From an uncultured Bacilli bacterium (lineage in GTDB: Bacteria; Bacillota_I; Bacilli_A; RF39; UBA660), in contig CAKOQD010000003.1 of the NCBI GenBank assembly GCA_934101185.1, positions 855 through 64,854 on the forward strand: a DNA stretch of 64,000 bases, read 5' to 3'. Below, in pieces: positions 28,369-38,053 of this stretch. The position numbers were made by a program, and so were the translations under genes. Position 1 is the stretch's first letter; the number at the start of each line of letters is the position of its first letter. Under the pieces are notes generated by a model that saw nothing but the letters and a program-made list of their open reading frames with translations, ran no database searches and was not told where the DNA came from.

Positions 28369-28400
28369 ATTATAGCATATTTTTTTTTGATAATAAACCT
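28369..28400 (-). promoter_or_regulatory. Extended -10 promoter of the orphan operon
   Basis: Minus strand AAAAAAAAATATGCTATAAT (TGcTATAAT at 28377-28369), 24 nt before the orfA ATG, in the 76-nt gap after sigH. It shares an 18-nt identity with the valS promoter. Confidence 0.5.
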
Positions 28401-28421
28401 ATTTTTACTTTTTTTCTTGTA

Positions 28422-29033
28422 TTACTGTAGAATTTTGTCTAAGTATGTGTTTTCTAAATCTAGTTTTTTTAGATATTTTTTTAGTTTTTGTTTAGTTCTG
28501 AAGATAGAATTATCTACTTTTTTTGTGTTTATATCTAGTATTTTTGCTATATCTTGATAAGTCATTGATGATAGTTTCAAAAGAAATATTGCGGAGTCTT
28601 GAGCATTTAATTTAGTGTTGAAATCTTTTAATATTTCTGTTAAGTAGTAATCATAATATGTTGATAGTAATGGATCTTGTTCTTCACATAGTTCGTATTT
28701 TGAGATGTCTGCGACTAAGATTTCTTTTTGATATCTTTTATATCTTCTTTTATAGTAGTCATTGCATGTATTTTTTAATGCTGTGGATAGATATGGATAG
28801 AATCGATTGTTTTCATCTGTTTTATACATTCTTATTGCTTTATAGAGTGTTAATCTCATTTCTTGTAGTAAGTCTTCATGATCTATTGATGCTTTTACTC
28901 CGTATGTTTTTTGATAATAAAAAGCAAGGTATTTTAATAATGGTTCGTATTTTTCCATTATTATTTTCCATGCTTCTTCATCGTTTTCTCTTACCATGTA
29001 GATAAGTTCTTCGTCATTTGTTTGGTATTGCAT
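28422..29033 (-). CDS. sigH: RNA polymerase sigma factor, SigH-like
   Basis: 203 aa. The region 2 pattern DLLQEMRLTLYKAIRMYKTDENNRFYPYL aligns with B. subtilis SigH DIVQEGMIGLYKSIRDFKEDKLTSFKAF. The region 4 pattern MTYQDIAKILDINTKKVDNSIFRTKQKLKKYL aligns with SYQEISDELNRHVKSIDNALQRVKRKLEKYL. The conserved synteny cysS-mrnC-rlmB-sigH supports the call. Confidence 0.8.
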   Translation of the reverse strand: MQYQTNDEELIYMVRENDEEAWKIIMEKYEPLLKYLAFYYQKTYGVKASIDHEDLLQEMRLTLYKAIRMYKTDENNRFYPYLSTALKNTCNDYYKRRYKRYQKEILVADISKYELCEEQDPLLSTYYDYYLTEILKDFNTKLNAQDSAIFLLKLSSMTYQDIAKILDINTKKVDNSIFRTKQKLKKYLKKLDLENTYLDKILQ

Positions 29034-29043
29034 AGTGTCCTCC

Positions 29044-29739
29044 TTAATGACTTCTTTGTCTTACAACCTCATATATTAATATTCCTGTTGCGACTGAAGC
29101 ATTTAAACTTTCAAATTGTCCTTTCATAGGAATTGACACTATGTAATCTGATGATTTTTTTACTAGTTCAGAGACTCCGGATCCTTCGTTGCCTATTATT
29201 AAGCAAGTATTTGGAGCATAGTCTATTTCACTATAGTTTTCTCCGTTCATGTCTGCTGAATAGGACCAGTAACCTTTTTCTTTTAGATATTTTATTGTTT
29301 GATTTAGATTGGTTACCATGCATATTTTACTTCTTATGGCAGCTCCACTGCTGGTTTTCATAACGGTGGAGTTTACTTTGACACTTCGGTCTTTTGGAAT
29401 TATTATTCCATCTACTCCTGCCGCTAAACAAGTTCTTATTATAGCACCAAAGTTGTGTGTGTCTTCTAGATGATCTAGCATTACAATTAGACCTTGTTCT
29501 TTAATGATATCATCAATATCACAGTAGTCGAATTCCTCGATATCTACTATTATACCTTGATGATTTCCATTTGCAAGTTCATCTAATTCAAATTTGGTGC
29601 ATAAAATTGGTTCAATTTTTAATTTTTCTATAAGGGAAATCAGTGTTTTGTCACTAAATTTCCTATCCAAATATACTTTTTTAACAGATTTGCAATTTTT
29701 TAATATTTCGTAGCTACTATTTCTTCCATATACTATCAT
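29044..29739 (-). CDS. rlmB: 23S rRNA (guanosine-2'-O)-methyltransferase RlmB (SpoU/TrmH family)
   Basis: 231 aa. SpoU motifs NFGAIIRT, LIIGNEGSGVS, IPM.G..ESLNASVA. Position matches Bacillus yacO. Confidence 0.85.
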   Translation of the reverse strand: MIVYGRNSSYEILKNCKSVKKVYLDRKFSDKTLISLIEKLKIEPILCTKFELDELANGNHQGIIVDIEEFDYCDIDDIIKEQGLIVMLDHLEDTHNFGAIIRTCLAAGVDGIIIPKDRSVKVNSTVMKTSSGAAIRSKICMVTNLNQTIKYLKEKGYWSYSADMNGENYSEIDYAPNTCLIIGNEGSGVSELVKKSSDYIVSIPMKGQFESLNASVATGILIYEVVRQRSH

Positions 29740-29750
29740 AATTGTACCTC

Positions 29751-30128
29751 TTAATTATTTATGTTTACTATTTCTTCAAATATTTCATTTATTCTTTCTT
29801 TGTTATTGTAATATAAATAACCAATTAATGTTTCAAATGCAGTTGCATGTTTATAGGTTAATATATCACAGTTTTTTGGTTTTGAATTTACTTTGGTATT
29901 TCTTCCTTTTTTTACTATTTCTAGTTCTTCTTCAGTTAGTTTATTTTCTTTTATTAGTTCGTTTAGAATATGTGCTTGTCTTTTTGCTGTTACAAATTCT
30001 AAACTTTTTGTTTGTAGTTCATTTACTTTTTTGTTTGTCTTATTAAGAAGATAATCTCTTACTAGAGTTTCGTAGACGCTATCTCCGATATATGCTAGTT
30101 GCAGTGGTGAATAAGTAGTATTAGTCAT
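29751..30128 (-). CDS. mrnC: Mini-ribonuclease 3
   Basis: 125 aa. LQLAYIGDSVYE... and ...YKHATAFETLIGYLY. Position matches Bacillus yazC/mrnC. Confidence 0.85.
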   Translation of the reverse strand: MTNTTYSPLQLAYIGDSVYETLVRDYLLNKTNKKVNELQTKSLEFVTAKRQAHILNELIKENKLTEEELEIVKKGRNTKVNSKPKNCDILTYKHATAFETLIGYLYYNNKERINEIFEEIVNINN

Positions 30129-30786
30129 TGTTAGTCATTGATAATAATCTTAGTACTTCAAGTATTGTGCTGGCAAGGCTTGCTACATATGTAAGGGCTG
30201 CACTTGTTAGTACTTTTTTAGCGTCTTCTACTTCTTCTTTTTCTAGAATGTTATATTCTTCTAGATATTTTAGGGCATTACGAGATGCACCAATTTCTAC
30301 TGGTAATGTTACTAATTGAAATAGTAATATAATCATTAGAAGAATTATTCCAAAGTATATTAATTGAAACATTCCTAGGATGGCTCCGAGTAGTACTACT
30401 ATGTAACCCATTTTAGTACTAAAGTTTACAAATGGAACTAGGAAGCTTCTTATTCTCATGAATTTGTTTTTATTTTTATCTTGAATTGCATGACCGCATT
30501 CATGTGCCGCTACGGCGATTGAGCTTATGCTGTCTCCATCAAAAACATTATGAGATAGTCTTACTACTTTTGCTTTTGGATCATAATGATCTGTTAGGGT
30601 TCCTTGTGTTTCTACTACATATAGTTTTTCTAAGTTATTTTTTTCTAGTATTTTTTTTGCTGTTTCAAAACCACTTAATTTGTTTTTGCTTTGTATTTGG
30701 CTGTATTTTGAATATGTAATGTTGATGTATATTTGTGCTATAACTGTTATTAATAAAGATATTATTCCTAGTGTGTAATATATCAT
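30121..30786 (-). CDS. Membrane zinc metallopeptidase, YugP-like (putative neutral zinc metallopeptidase family)
   Basis: 221 aa. N-terminal TM, HExxH motif AAHECGHAIQD, and two C-terminal TMs. There is an 8-nt overlap with mrnC. Confidence 0.75.
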   Translation of the reverse strand: MIYYTLGIISLLITVIAQIYINITYSKYSQIQSKNKLSGFETAKKILEKNNLEKLYVVETQGTLTDHYDPKAKVVRLSHNVFDGDSISSIAVAAHECGHAIQDKNKNKFMRIRSFLVPFVNFSTKMGYIVVLLGAILGMFQLIYFGIILLMIILLFQLVTLPVEIGASRNALKYLEEYNILEKEEVEDAKKVLTSAALTYVASLASTILEVLRLLSMTNND

Positions 30787-30788
30787 CT

Positions 30789-32195
30789 TTACCTCCCTAT
30801 AATGATTTCATAGGTTGTTTGTTCTTTGGTGTCTATTAGTTTTATTCCTTTTTGTAATAGTTCATCTCTTATTTTGTCTGCTTTTTGATAGTCTTTTTGT
30901 TTTTTTGCTTCTTGTCTTAGTTTTATTTGTTCTTCGATGTATTTTTTTTGATTATCATCAAGTTTTTGTTCTTCTTGTTTTAATAAGTCTAATGATAATA
31001 CTTGATCAAAGTCTTCGATTAGTTTTATTTTTGTTGTATCGTTTAGATTTTGATCTTTTAATATATCATATATTAGTGTTATAGCATTTGCGGTATTTAA
31101 ATCATTTTCTAGATTTTCTTTGAATTTATTTTTATATGTTTCAAATTCTTCTTGTTGTAATCGTTTTGTATCTTCAAGATTTGAGATACGTGTTTTTAAT
31201 TTTTTATAGGCTTTGCTTGCTGTTTCTAGTCCTTCGTATGAAAATACTAGTTGTTTTCTGTAGTGACTTGTTAGGCACATGTATCTAAATGCTAATGGAT
31301 CATAGCCTTTTTCTTTTAATAGGGATACAGTTAATGTTGCTCCTTTGCTTTTGGACATTTTCCCTGTTTCATCCATTAAGTGTTCGTTATGAAACCAATA
31401 GTTGCACCATTTGTGTCCTAGATATGCTTCGCTTTGTGCTATTTCGTTGGTGTGGTGCGGGAAGATGTTGTCTACTCCTCCGCCGTGAATATCTAGATAT
31501 TCTCCAAGATAATGCATGCTAATTCCAGAACATTCTATGTGCCATCCTGGGTAACCTATTCCGAATGGGGAATCCCATTTTAATTCTTGGTCTTCGAATT
31601 TTGACTTAGTAAACCAAAGGGCAAAGTCTGCTTGATTTTTTTTATTATTATCATTTGTTACACCTTGTCTTACTCCGACAACCATTTCATCTTCTTTATG
31701 GTTTGTTAGTTTGTAATAATCATCGAGTTTAGATACATCAAAGTAAACGTTTCCTCCGCTTTTGTAAGCATAGCCTTTTTCTAATAGTTTTTCGATTATT
31801 TTTATGTAGTCATTTATATGATCTGTTGCTGGGCTTACTATATCTGGTCTTCGATTATTTAGTAATTCAAAGTCTTTAAAGAATGCGTCTGTATAATATT
31901 TTGCTATTTCTAGAACGCTTGATTTTTTTTCTTTAGCACTTTTTACCATTTTGTCTTCTCCAGAGTCGGAATCACTTGTTAGGTGTCCAACGTCTGTTAT
32001 GTTCATTACTCTAGTAACATTGTATCCTAAATATCTTAGAGTTTTATCTAGAATATCGTGTCCTATATAATTACGCATATTTCCTATGTGTTGATCATGG
32101 TATACTGTTGGACCACATGTATAGAATGATACATTGTTTTTGTCATTTGGAATAAATTCTTCTACTTTTCTTGTTAAAGTATTATAAAATTTCAT
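30789..32195 (-). CDS. cysS: Cysteine--tRNA ligase
   Basis: 468 aa. CGPTVYHDQHIGNMRNY (HIGH), KMSKSKG, and zinc ligand context WHIECS. Confidence 0.96.
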   Translation of the reverse strand: MKFYNTLTRKVEEFIPNDKNNVSFYTCGPTVYHDQHIGNMRNYIGHDILDKTLRYLGYNVTRVMNITDVGHLTSDSDSGEDKMVKSAKEKKSSVLEIAKYYTDAFFKDFELLNNRRPDIVSPATDHINDYIKIIEKLLEKGYAYKSGGNVYFDVSKLDDYYKLTNHKEDEMVVGVRQGVTNDNNKKNQADFALWFTKSKFEDQELKWDSPFGIGYPGWHIECSGISMHYLGEYLDIHGGGVDNIFPHHTNEIAQSEAYLGHKWCNYWFHNEHLMDETGKMSKSKGATLTVSLLKEKGYDPLAFRYMCLTSHYRKQLVFSYEGLETASKAYKKLKTRISNLEDTKRLQQEEFETYKNKFKENLENDLNTANAITLIYDILKDQNLNDTTKIKLIEDFDQVLSLDLLKQEEQKLDDNQKKYIEEQIKLRQEAKKQKDYQKADKIRDELLQKGIKLIDTKEQTTYEIIIGR

Positions 32196-32199
32196 TTTA

Positions 32200-33636
32200 T
32201 CACCTGCTTAATCTTTTTAAAACGGTTTCTTTTCCTAATAGGTAAATTGTATCAGGTAGTTCAGGTCCATGCATTTGTCCACTTACTTTTATTCTGATAG
32301 GCATATATAGCATTTTTCCTTTGACTCCTGCTTTCTCTTTAGTATTATTTATTGCTTCTTTTATATTTTCTACTGTCCAAGTTGTAAGATTTTCTAATTC
32401 TTGTTTTAATGCATTTATGGTTTCATCTACTGTTTCTTGTTGCATGAATTCTTGGCATTCTTCATCTAATGTTATGTCTTCTTTAAAGAATAGTTCTGTT
32501 AGTTCTACTATTTCTTTTCCATAACTTAAATGATTTTGATATATTTCTATTAGATGTTCTATCCAAGTTGGTGTTTTATCTTTTAAGTCATAGCTTTCTT
32601 GTAGGAATGGTAGACACAAGTTTACTACTTCATCTTTTTCTAATTGTTTTATGTAATGAGCATTGAACCATCTTAGTTTTTTTACATCGTAACTACTAGA
32701 TGATTTACTTATTCTTGTTGGATCAAAGGCTTCGATTAGTTCATCCATTGTAAATATTTCTTGATTATCTTTTGGAGACCATCCTAAAAGAACTAGGTAG
32801 TTTACTATTGCTTGTGGTAGATAGCCTTCATTGTATAAATCCATGAATGATGCATCTTTATTTCTTTTGCTTAGTTTGTTACCGTCTTCTCCGAGTACCA
32901 TTGCTACGTGTATGTATGTTGGTTTTTCCCATCCAAATGCATCGTATAATAGATTATATTTTGCTGTTTGATCTAAGTATTCTTTTCCTCTTATTACATG
33001 GGTTATTTTCATTAGATGATCGTCTACTACATTGGCAAAGTTATATGTTGGATAGCCGTCTGATTTTAATAGTATTTGATCTTCTAGTACGGAGTTTTCG
33101 ATTAGTACTTTTCCATACACTAAATCATTTATTACTGTTTGTCCTTCTTTTGGCATTTTTTGTCTTATAACATATGGTTCATTGTTTTTTAATTTTTCTT
33201 CTATTTCTTGTTTTGTTAAGTTTTTACAATGACCATCGTACATAAATGGAGTTTTATTTAAACTTGCAACTTCACGTAATTTGGTTAGTCTTTCTTCGGT
33301 ACAAAAGCAATAGTAGGCATAACCTTTTTCTACTAGTTCTTGTGCATATTTTTTATAGATGTCTTTTCTTTCGCTTTGAATATATGGTCCAACTTCTCCT
33401 TCGTTTTGTGGCCCTTCATCAATTACAAAGTTACATAGCTCTAGTGTTTTGTAGATAAAGTCTATTGAGCCTTCGACTAGTCTTTCTTGATCTGTGTCTT
33501 CTATTCTTAGTATGAATTTACCATTATTTTTTTTTGCTAATAAGTATTCAAAGATTGCTGTTCTTAAGTTTCCTATATGCATAAATCCTGTTGGACTTGG
33601 TGCAAATCTTGTTCTTACTTCTTTCAATTTAATCAC
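32200..33636 (-). CDS. gltX: Glutamate--tRNA ligase
   Basis: 478 aa. RFAPSPTGFMHIGNLRTA (HIGH), KLSKR. Confidence 0.96.
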   Translation of the reverse strand: MIKLKEVRTRFAPSPTGFMHIGNLRTAIFEYLLAKKNNGKFILRIEDTDQERLVEGSIDFIYKTLELCNFVIDEGPQNEGEVGPYIQSERKDIYKKYAQELVEKGYAYYCFCTEERLTKLREVASLNKTPFMYDGHCKNLTKQEIEEKLKNNEPYVIRQKMPKEGQTVINDLVYGKVLIENSVLEDQILLKSDGYPTYNFANVVDDHLMKITHVIRGKEYLDQTAKYNLLYDAFGWEKPTYIHVAMVLGEDGNKLSKRNKDASFMDLYNEGYLPQAIVNYLVLLGWSPKDNQEIFTMDELIEAFDPTRISKSSSSYDVKKLRWFNAHYIKQLEKDEVVNLCLPFLQESYDLKDKTPTWIEHLIEIYQNHLSYGKEIVELTELFFKEDITLDEECQEFMQQETVDETINALKQELENLTTWTVENIKEAINNTKEKAGVKGKMLYMPIRIKVSGQMHGPELPDTIYLLGKETVLKRLSR

Positions 33637-33674
33637 CTCTTTTAATACGTTAAATTATACCAAAAAAACAAAGA

Positions 33675-35975
33675 TTATACAAGTTCTACGTTCATAATAC
33701 TAGAGATTTTTATATCTTTGTTTCCATTATAAATATTATCTATAATAATGTTTTCTAAGTTATTGTATATTACTTTGTCTATTTTTCTGGCACCATATGT
33801 TTTATATTCACATAAATCTTTTATTTCTTGTTCTATGTTTTTTGATATTGTTAGGTTTATATTTTTATCTTTGTATTTTTTTCTTAAATTGTTTATTTTG
33901 TTTCTTATTATTTTTAAAACTGTTTCTTCGTCCATTTGATTGAAAAATATTATTTTGTTTATTCTATTTACAAAGGATATACCTAGGACTTGGTTTATAT
34001 CTGTATTTTTGTTTTGATTATTGTTGAATCCTAGTTGTCTTTTTTCGCATCCTATATTGGAGGTCATTATGATTGTTGTATTTGTAAAGTTTATTTCTTC
34101 TCCTTTAGAGTTTTTTGCTATTCCTTCGTCTAGTATTTGAAGAAACAAGTTAATTACATCTGGACTTGCTTTTTCTATTTCATCTAAGAGGATTAGGCTA
34201 TGAGGATTGTCTTTTATTTGTTCAAAAACATTTTTATTGTCATCATATCCAACATATCCTGGAGGGGAACCTATTAATTTGCTTACTGAATGATTTTCTT
34301 TGTATTCACTCATATCTAATCTTATTAGACTATCTTTTTTATAATAGTTTTTAGCATATTCTTTTACTAATAGAGTTTTTCCTACTCCTGATGGCCCAAC
34401 GAATAGGAATGATAATGGTTTTGTTTTGTCATAGTCATAGTTATATTTTTTTATTATATCGCACAGTGTATCCACTGCTTCTTGTTGTCCTAGTACTGTT
34501 TTATTTATTTTGTTTTTAACTTTTAACCACATATTTTTATCATCTAAAAGAACAGGTATTTTTGATCTTGATTCTACTACTTCGATTACGTCTTTTATGT
34601 TGACGTTGTGATAATTATTTGGTTGTTTATTCATTTCGTATTTATTTTTCTTGTCTTCAAGTAAGAGTTCTTTTTTTCTAAATTCTAAAGCATTTGTAAA
34701 ATCATTTTTAATTATTGAATCATTTTTTAAGTCTTTTATTTTATTTAGTTCTATATAAATATCCTCTAATTTATTTGTCTTTTTGCAATTTGATATAAAT
34801 GTTCTTGAGCATACTTCGTCTAGGACGTCTATTGCTTTATCTGGCATCATTCTATCATGAATATATCTATTTGATAATGTTACTATTTCTTGTAGTATTT
34901 CATCACTTATTTTTACTTTGTGATATTTTTCGTATATTGGTCTTAGTTTTGTTAGTATTTGAAGTGTTGTTTTTGTATCTGGTTCTTTTATTGTTACTGT
35001 TTGAAATCTTCTTGATAGAGCTTTATCTTTTTCTATGTATTCTTTATATTCTTCAGTAGTGGTTGCTCCGATTATTTTGATTTTTCCTCTTGCAAGAGCT
35101 GGTTTTAAGATGTTTGATGCATCTATTGCTCCTTCGGCTCCTCCTGCTCCGACAAGGGTATGAATTTCGTCTACAAATAGTATTACATCAGTTTCTTCTT
35201 CTAATTCTGTTATGATTTTGTTTATTCTTTCTTCAAATTCTCCTCGATATTTTGTACCTGCGACTAGTGATGCCATTGATACTGATACTATTCTTTTTTT
35301 ACTTAGTGGTCCATATGTGTTATTGTTTGTTAATATCCTTGCTAGTTCTTCTACTATGGCGGTTTTTCCTACTCCTGCTTCTCCGATTAGCAAGGGATTG
35401 TTTTTAGTTCTACGTGATAGTATTTCTAGAACTCTTTTTATTTCTTTTTCTCTTCCTACGACTGGATCTATTTCACCTTTTTTAGCTTTTTTATTTAGAT
35501 CTATTCCAAAAGAGTCTATCATTAATTTTTTATTATTTTTTTGATTTGGTATAAACTTTTCATCAAACTCATCATATAGTGTGTCTACATCTATTCCCAT
35601 TCCTAGTAATATTCTGATTGCTATTCCTTCGCCTTCTTCGAAGAGTGCTAATAAAAGGTCGTGACTGTCTACTAATTTTTTCTTTTTGTCATTTGAGATT
35701 AGCTCTGCTACTTCGATTATGTTTCTTAAAAGTGGTGTATAAAGATAATAGTCATTTTCTTTGCTTCCTGTTCCTACAATTTTAATTAGTTCGTTTTTAA
35801 ATATATCGTATGTTATGCCAGTTTTATTTAATAGTTTTATATCATCTTTTTCTCCCAGTTTTAAAAGTGATAAGAATAAGTGTTCACTACCAATGTATGG
35901 ATGTTTTAACATTGCCATTTCTTTTTGCATATTTACTAATACTTTTTTTGCTTGTTCATCAAATTTTGAAAACAT
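33675..35975 (-). CDS. clpC: ATP-dependent Clp protease ATP-binding subunit ClpC
   Basis: About 766 aa. Clp_N repeats are present. AAA1 has [12 protein letters not shown] / [11 protein letters not shown]2 has [12 protein letters not shown] / [10 protein letters not shown]. Preferred start is ATG 35975 (SD GGGTGA); the track start is a TTG five codons upstream. Confidence 0.92.
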   Translation of the reverse strand: MFSKFDEQAKKVLVNMQKEMAMLKHPYIGSEHLFLSLLKLGEKDDIKLLNKTGITYDIFKNELIKIVGTGSKENDYYLYTPLLRNIIEVAELISNDKKKKLVDSHDLLLALFEEGEGIAIRILLGMGIDVDTLYDEFDEKFIPNQKNNKKLMIDSFGIDLNKKAKKGEIDPVVGREKEIKRVLEILSRRTKNNPLLIGEAGVGKTAIVEELARILTNNNTYGPLSKKRIVSVSMASLVAGTKYRGEFEERINKIITELEEETDVILFVDEIHTLVGAGGAEGAIDASNILKPALARGKIKIIGATTTEEYKEYIEKDKALSRRFQTVTIKEPDTKTTLQILTKLRPIYEKYHKVKISDEILQEIVTLSNRYIHDRMMPDKAIDVLDEVCSRTFISNCKKTNKLEDIYIELNKIKDLKNDSIIKNDFTNALEFRKKELLLEDKKNKYEMNKQPNNYHNVNIKDVIEVVESRSKIPVLLDDKNMWLKVKNKINKTVLGQQEAVDTLCDIIKKYNYDYDKTKPLSFLFVGPSGVGKTLLVKEYAKNYYKKDSLIRLDMSEYKENHSVSKLIGSPPGYVGYDDNKNVFEQIKDNPHSLILLDEIEKASPDVINLFLQILDEGIAKNSKGEEINFTNTTIIMTSNIGCEKRQLGFNNNQNKNTDINQVLGISFVNRINKIIFFNQMDEETVLKIIRNKINNLRKKYKDKNINLTISKNIEQEIKDLCEYKTYGARKIDKVIYNNLENIIIDNIYNGNKDIKISSIMNVELV

Positions 35976-36037
35976 TTTTATATCACCCAATAATAGTGTA
36001 TGTAGACTATTTAAAAAAATAATTTTTTTTATTCAAC

Positions 36038-36062
36038 AAAAAAAGAGCAATTGCTTGCTCTT
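36038..36062 (-). terminator. Rho-independent terminator after the YfcC-like transporter gene
   Basis: Minus-strand AAGAGCAA-GCAA-TTGCTCTT followed by TTTTTG. Confidence 0.75.
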
Positions 36063-36063
36063 A

Positions 36064-37548
36064 TTAGATTAATGTTAATACTGTAAATACGATAAATGAT
36101 ACTACTAGTAAGCATAGAGCGTATTTCCAGATGAATTTTAACCATTCTGTATATTTAACTTCAGATATTGATAATGAAGTTAATAATAGTACACTTGTTG
36201 GCGCTACTAACATAACTAATGCATATAGGTTAGTGAATACTAGTCCTATTAATGAGTATAGTGATGTATCTTTAATAGTTTGAACAAATGTATATACAAT
36301 GTAGTATCCATAGTATGAGAAGTCTGGGTAGAATACACTGCTTATTATTGCATGTAATCCAGATGTCACTATATTGAATGAATCAGTTAATCCTGTTATC
36401 CAAGTAGTGATGACTCCTAGTACTGGATAGTAAATAGTAAATACGAAGATAGAGTATGCTATTAATGCTAAGAATGCTGGTACTACATATTCTTTTATTC
36501 CTTTTACAAATGCGTCAAAAGCATCTTTTAGTTTAACTTTGTAAACTATTGCTAATGTAGCTACTGCAAATAAGATCATAATTGAGTATGATACATATCT
36601 AGTTGATGATGTCCAAGTACCGAATGCATCTAATCCACCGAATAGTTTTTCTACTACTTTAAATCCTCCGATTTTCCATTTATTCATGATTGTATCATGA
36701 GCTGTTGCAAACCAGTTACTACTAAAGATGTTACCCCAAGCAGTTGTACCAAGAATTAATACTAAGAATAGTAGTCCTAATACTAATAGTAATGGCCATA
36801 CTTTCTTTTCTTTTTCTTCAGTTTTTTCTTTCTTATCTGCTTTTTTAACTTTTTCTTTTTTAGTTTCAGATTTTACTGTTTTTTTAGCAGCCTTTTCTTT
36901 TGATTTTTTTGCTTTGTTAGCAGTTTTTTCTGGTAGCATGTTGTTCTTTTTCATATAGATTAGTGTGAATCCAATTAATAGTCCTAAAGCTAATACAAAT
37001 AATATTACTTTTGCTAGAATATTATCTGTTGGTTTAGTTTGCATGAATCCATCTAAGTATCCATATAATGTTCCTGCATATGTTGCTCCATACATACCAA
37101 CGATTGTTGCACCAAATGTTGCCACTAATGCAATTATCTTATCATATCCCATCATTAATACTAATGAGATGATGAATGGAAATAGAATAAGTAATCCTAG
37201 TTCTAATCCTGTTATTGATGAAATGATTGCCATCAATACAATTATTGTAATTAGGACTAATTTTTCTTTTCCTTTGAATTTTTCTGCTAATTTTTCAATT
37301 GCAGGTTTATAGGCTCCAGTTGCATCCATTACAGCATATAATCCTCCGATTAGAAGAATGAATACGATAACGTTTGAGAAGCCTGCGAATGCATCGATAA
37401 ATGTTGAACCAAATTTAGTTAGTCCAATTTGGTATGATGCTTCGACTTTCCATCCAAATATGCTTACTACTATTGGAACTAGCCAAGATAATAGAACATA
37501 ACCTGCTAAGACTATTCCTAGTATCTTAAATAAATTATTTTTCTTCAT
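36064..37548 (-). CDS. Polytopic membrane transporter, YfcC / DcuC-type (C4-dicarboxylate anaerobic carrier superfamily)-like
   Basis: 494 aa with more than 10 TM. ...VFILLIGGLYAVMDATGAYKPAIEKLAEKFKGKEKLVLITIIVLMAIISSITG...MGYDKIIALVA fits the YfcC family pattern as I recall it. There is an unusual ~45-aa lysine-rich cytoplasmic loop. Confidence 0.55.
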   Translation of the reverse strand: MKKNNLFKILGIVLAGYVLLSWLVPIVVSIFGWKVEASYQIGLTKFGSTFIDAFAGFSNVIVFILLIGGLYAVMDATGAYKPAIEKLAEKFKGKEKLVLITIIVLMAIISSITGLELGLLILFPFIISLVLMMGYDKIIALVATFGATIVGMYGATYAGTLYGYLDGFMQTKPTDNILAKVILFVLALGLLIGFTLIYMKKNNMLPEKTANKAKKSKEKAAKKTVKSETKKEKVKKADKKEKTEEKEKKVWPLLLVLGLLFLVLILGTTAWGNIFSSNWFATAHDTIMNKWKIGGFKVVEKLFGGLDAFGTWTSSTRYVSYSIMILFAVATLAIVYKVKLKDAFDAFVKGIKEYVVPAFLALIAYSIFVFTIYYPVLGVITTWITGLTDSFNIVTSGLHAIISSVFYPDFSYYGYYIVYTFVQTIKDTSLYSLIGLVFTNLYALVMLVAPTSVLLLTSLSISEVKYTEWLKFIWKYALCLLVVSFIVFTVLTLI

Positions 37549-37629
37549 ATCTTTTAACCTCCTAATACAATTATCACACTTTTATCAAAAAAAATAAAGT
37601 AAAATATGTAAAAAAGTGGTATTTTTAAA

Positions 37630-37654
37630 GAAAAAAGCACTTTATTTAGTGCTT
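37630..37654 (-). terminator. Rho-independent terminator after the 127-aa gene
   Basis: Minus-strand AAGCAC-(8 nt)-GTGCTT followed by TTTTTC. It overlaps the stop codon. Confidence 0.65.
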
Positions 37655-38036
37655 ATCTCATTGATTTTTTCATTTGATATGCTTCAACTAGTTCTTCTGA
37701 ATCGGCCATGTATTTTTTTAAGTCACTCTCTAATTGTTTTAGCAATTTAAATAATTCTATTGTTTTTTCATCTGTTGCTACTAAGATTGGTTTTGGTTTT
37801 ACAACGTTGTACGATACCACTTCGTGTGGTCTTTGATAATAAATACCTTCTTCGTTTTCGTCTAAGTATAATTGTTCTGTAAAACCAGGTTCTAAAATAT
37901 ATTTTCCCAAACCTATTCTTTTGTATAAATTATATATAACTTTGTCAATGTTATCTTTAGTTAATTCTATAGGTGTTAAATCTATGCTTTGTGGATCAAC
38001 ATCTATTGCTACTTTTGCCATTCCTTCTATTTTCAT
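37653..38036 (-). CDS. Hypothetical 127-aa cytosolic protein
   Basis: ORF 17 nt downstream of lysS, with SD AAAGGA. No motif recognised. Confidence 0.5.
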   Translation of the reverse strand: MKIEGMAKVAIDVDPQSIDLTPIELTKDNIDKVIYNLYKRIGLGKYILEPGFTEQLYLDENEEGIYYQRPHEVVSYNVVKPKPILVATDEKTIELFKLLKQLESDLKKYMADSEELVEAYQMKKSMR

Positions 38037-38053
38037 GTTTGCTATCCTTTTTG

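Noticed and set aside
23773-28421. The six-gene orphan cluster as a prophage remnant, integrative element or known defence island.
   Set aside because: There is no integrase, recombinase or transposase. There are no flanking direct repeats, no adjacent tRNA and no visible compositional or codon shift. There are no nuclease, helicase, ATPase, TIR or Sir2 motifs. It is kept as an orphan operon finding instead.
35976-36063. CtsR operator (tandem GGTCAAA repeats) upstream of clpC.
   Set aside because: No GGTCAAA-like heptads are present. The region contains only the upstream terminator and AT-rich sequence, and ctsR-mcsA-mcsB are absent from the window.
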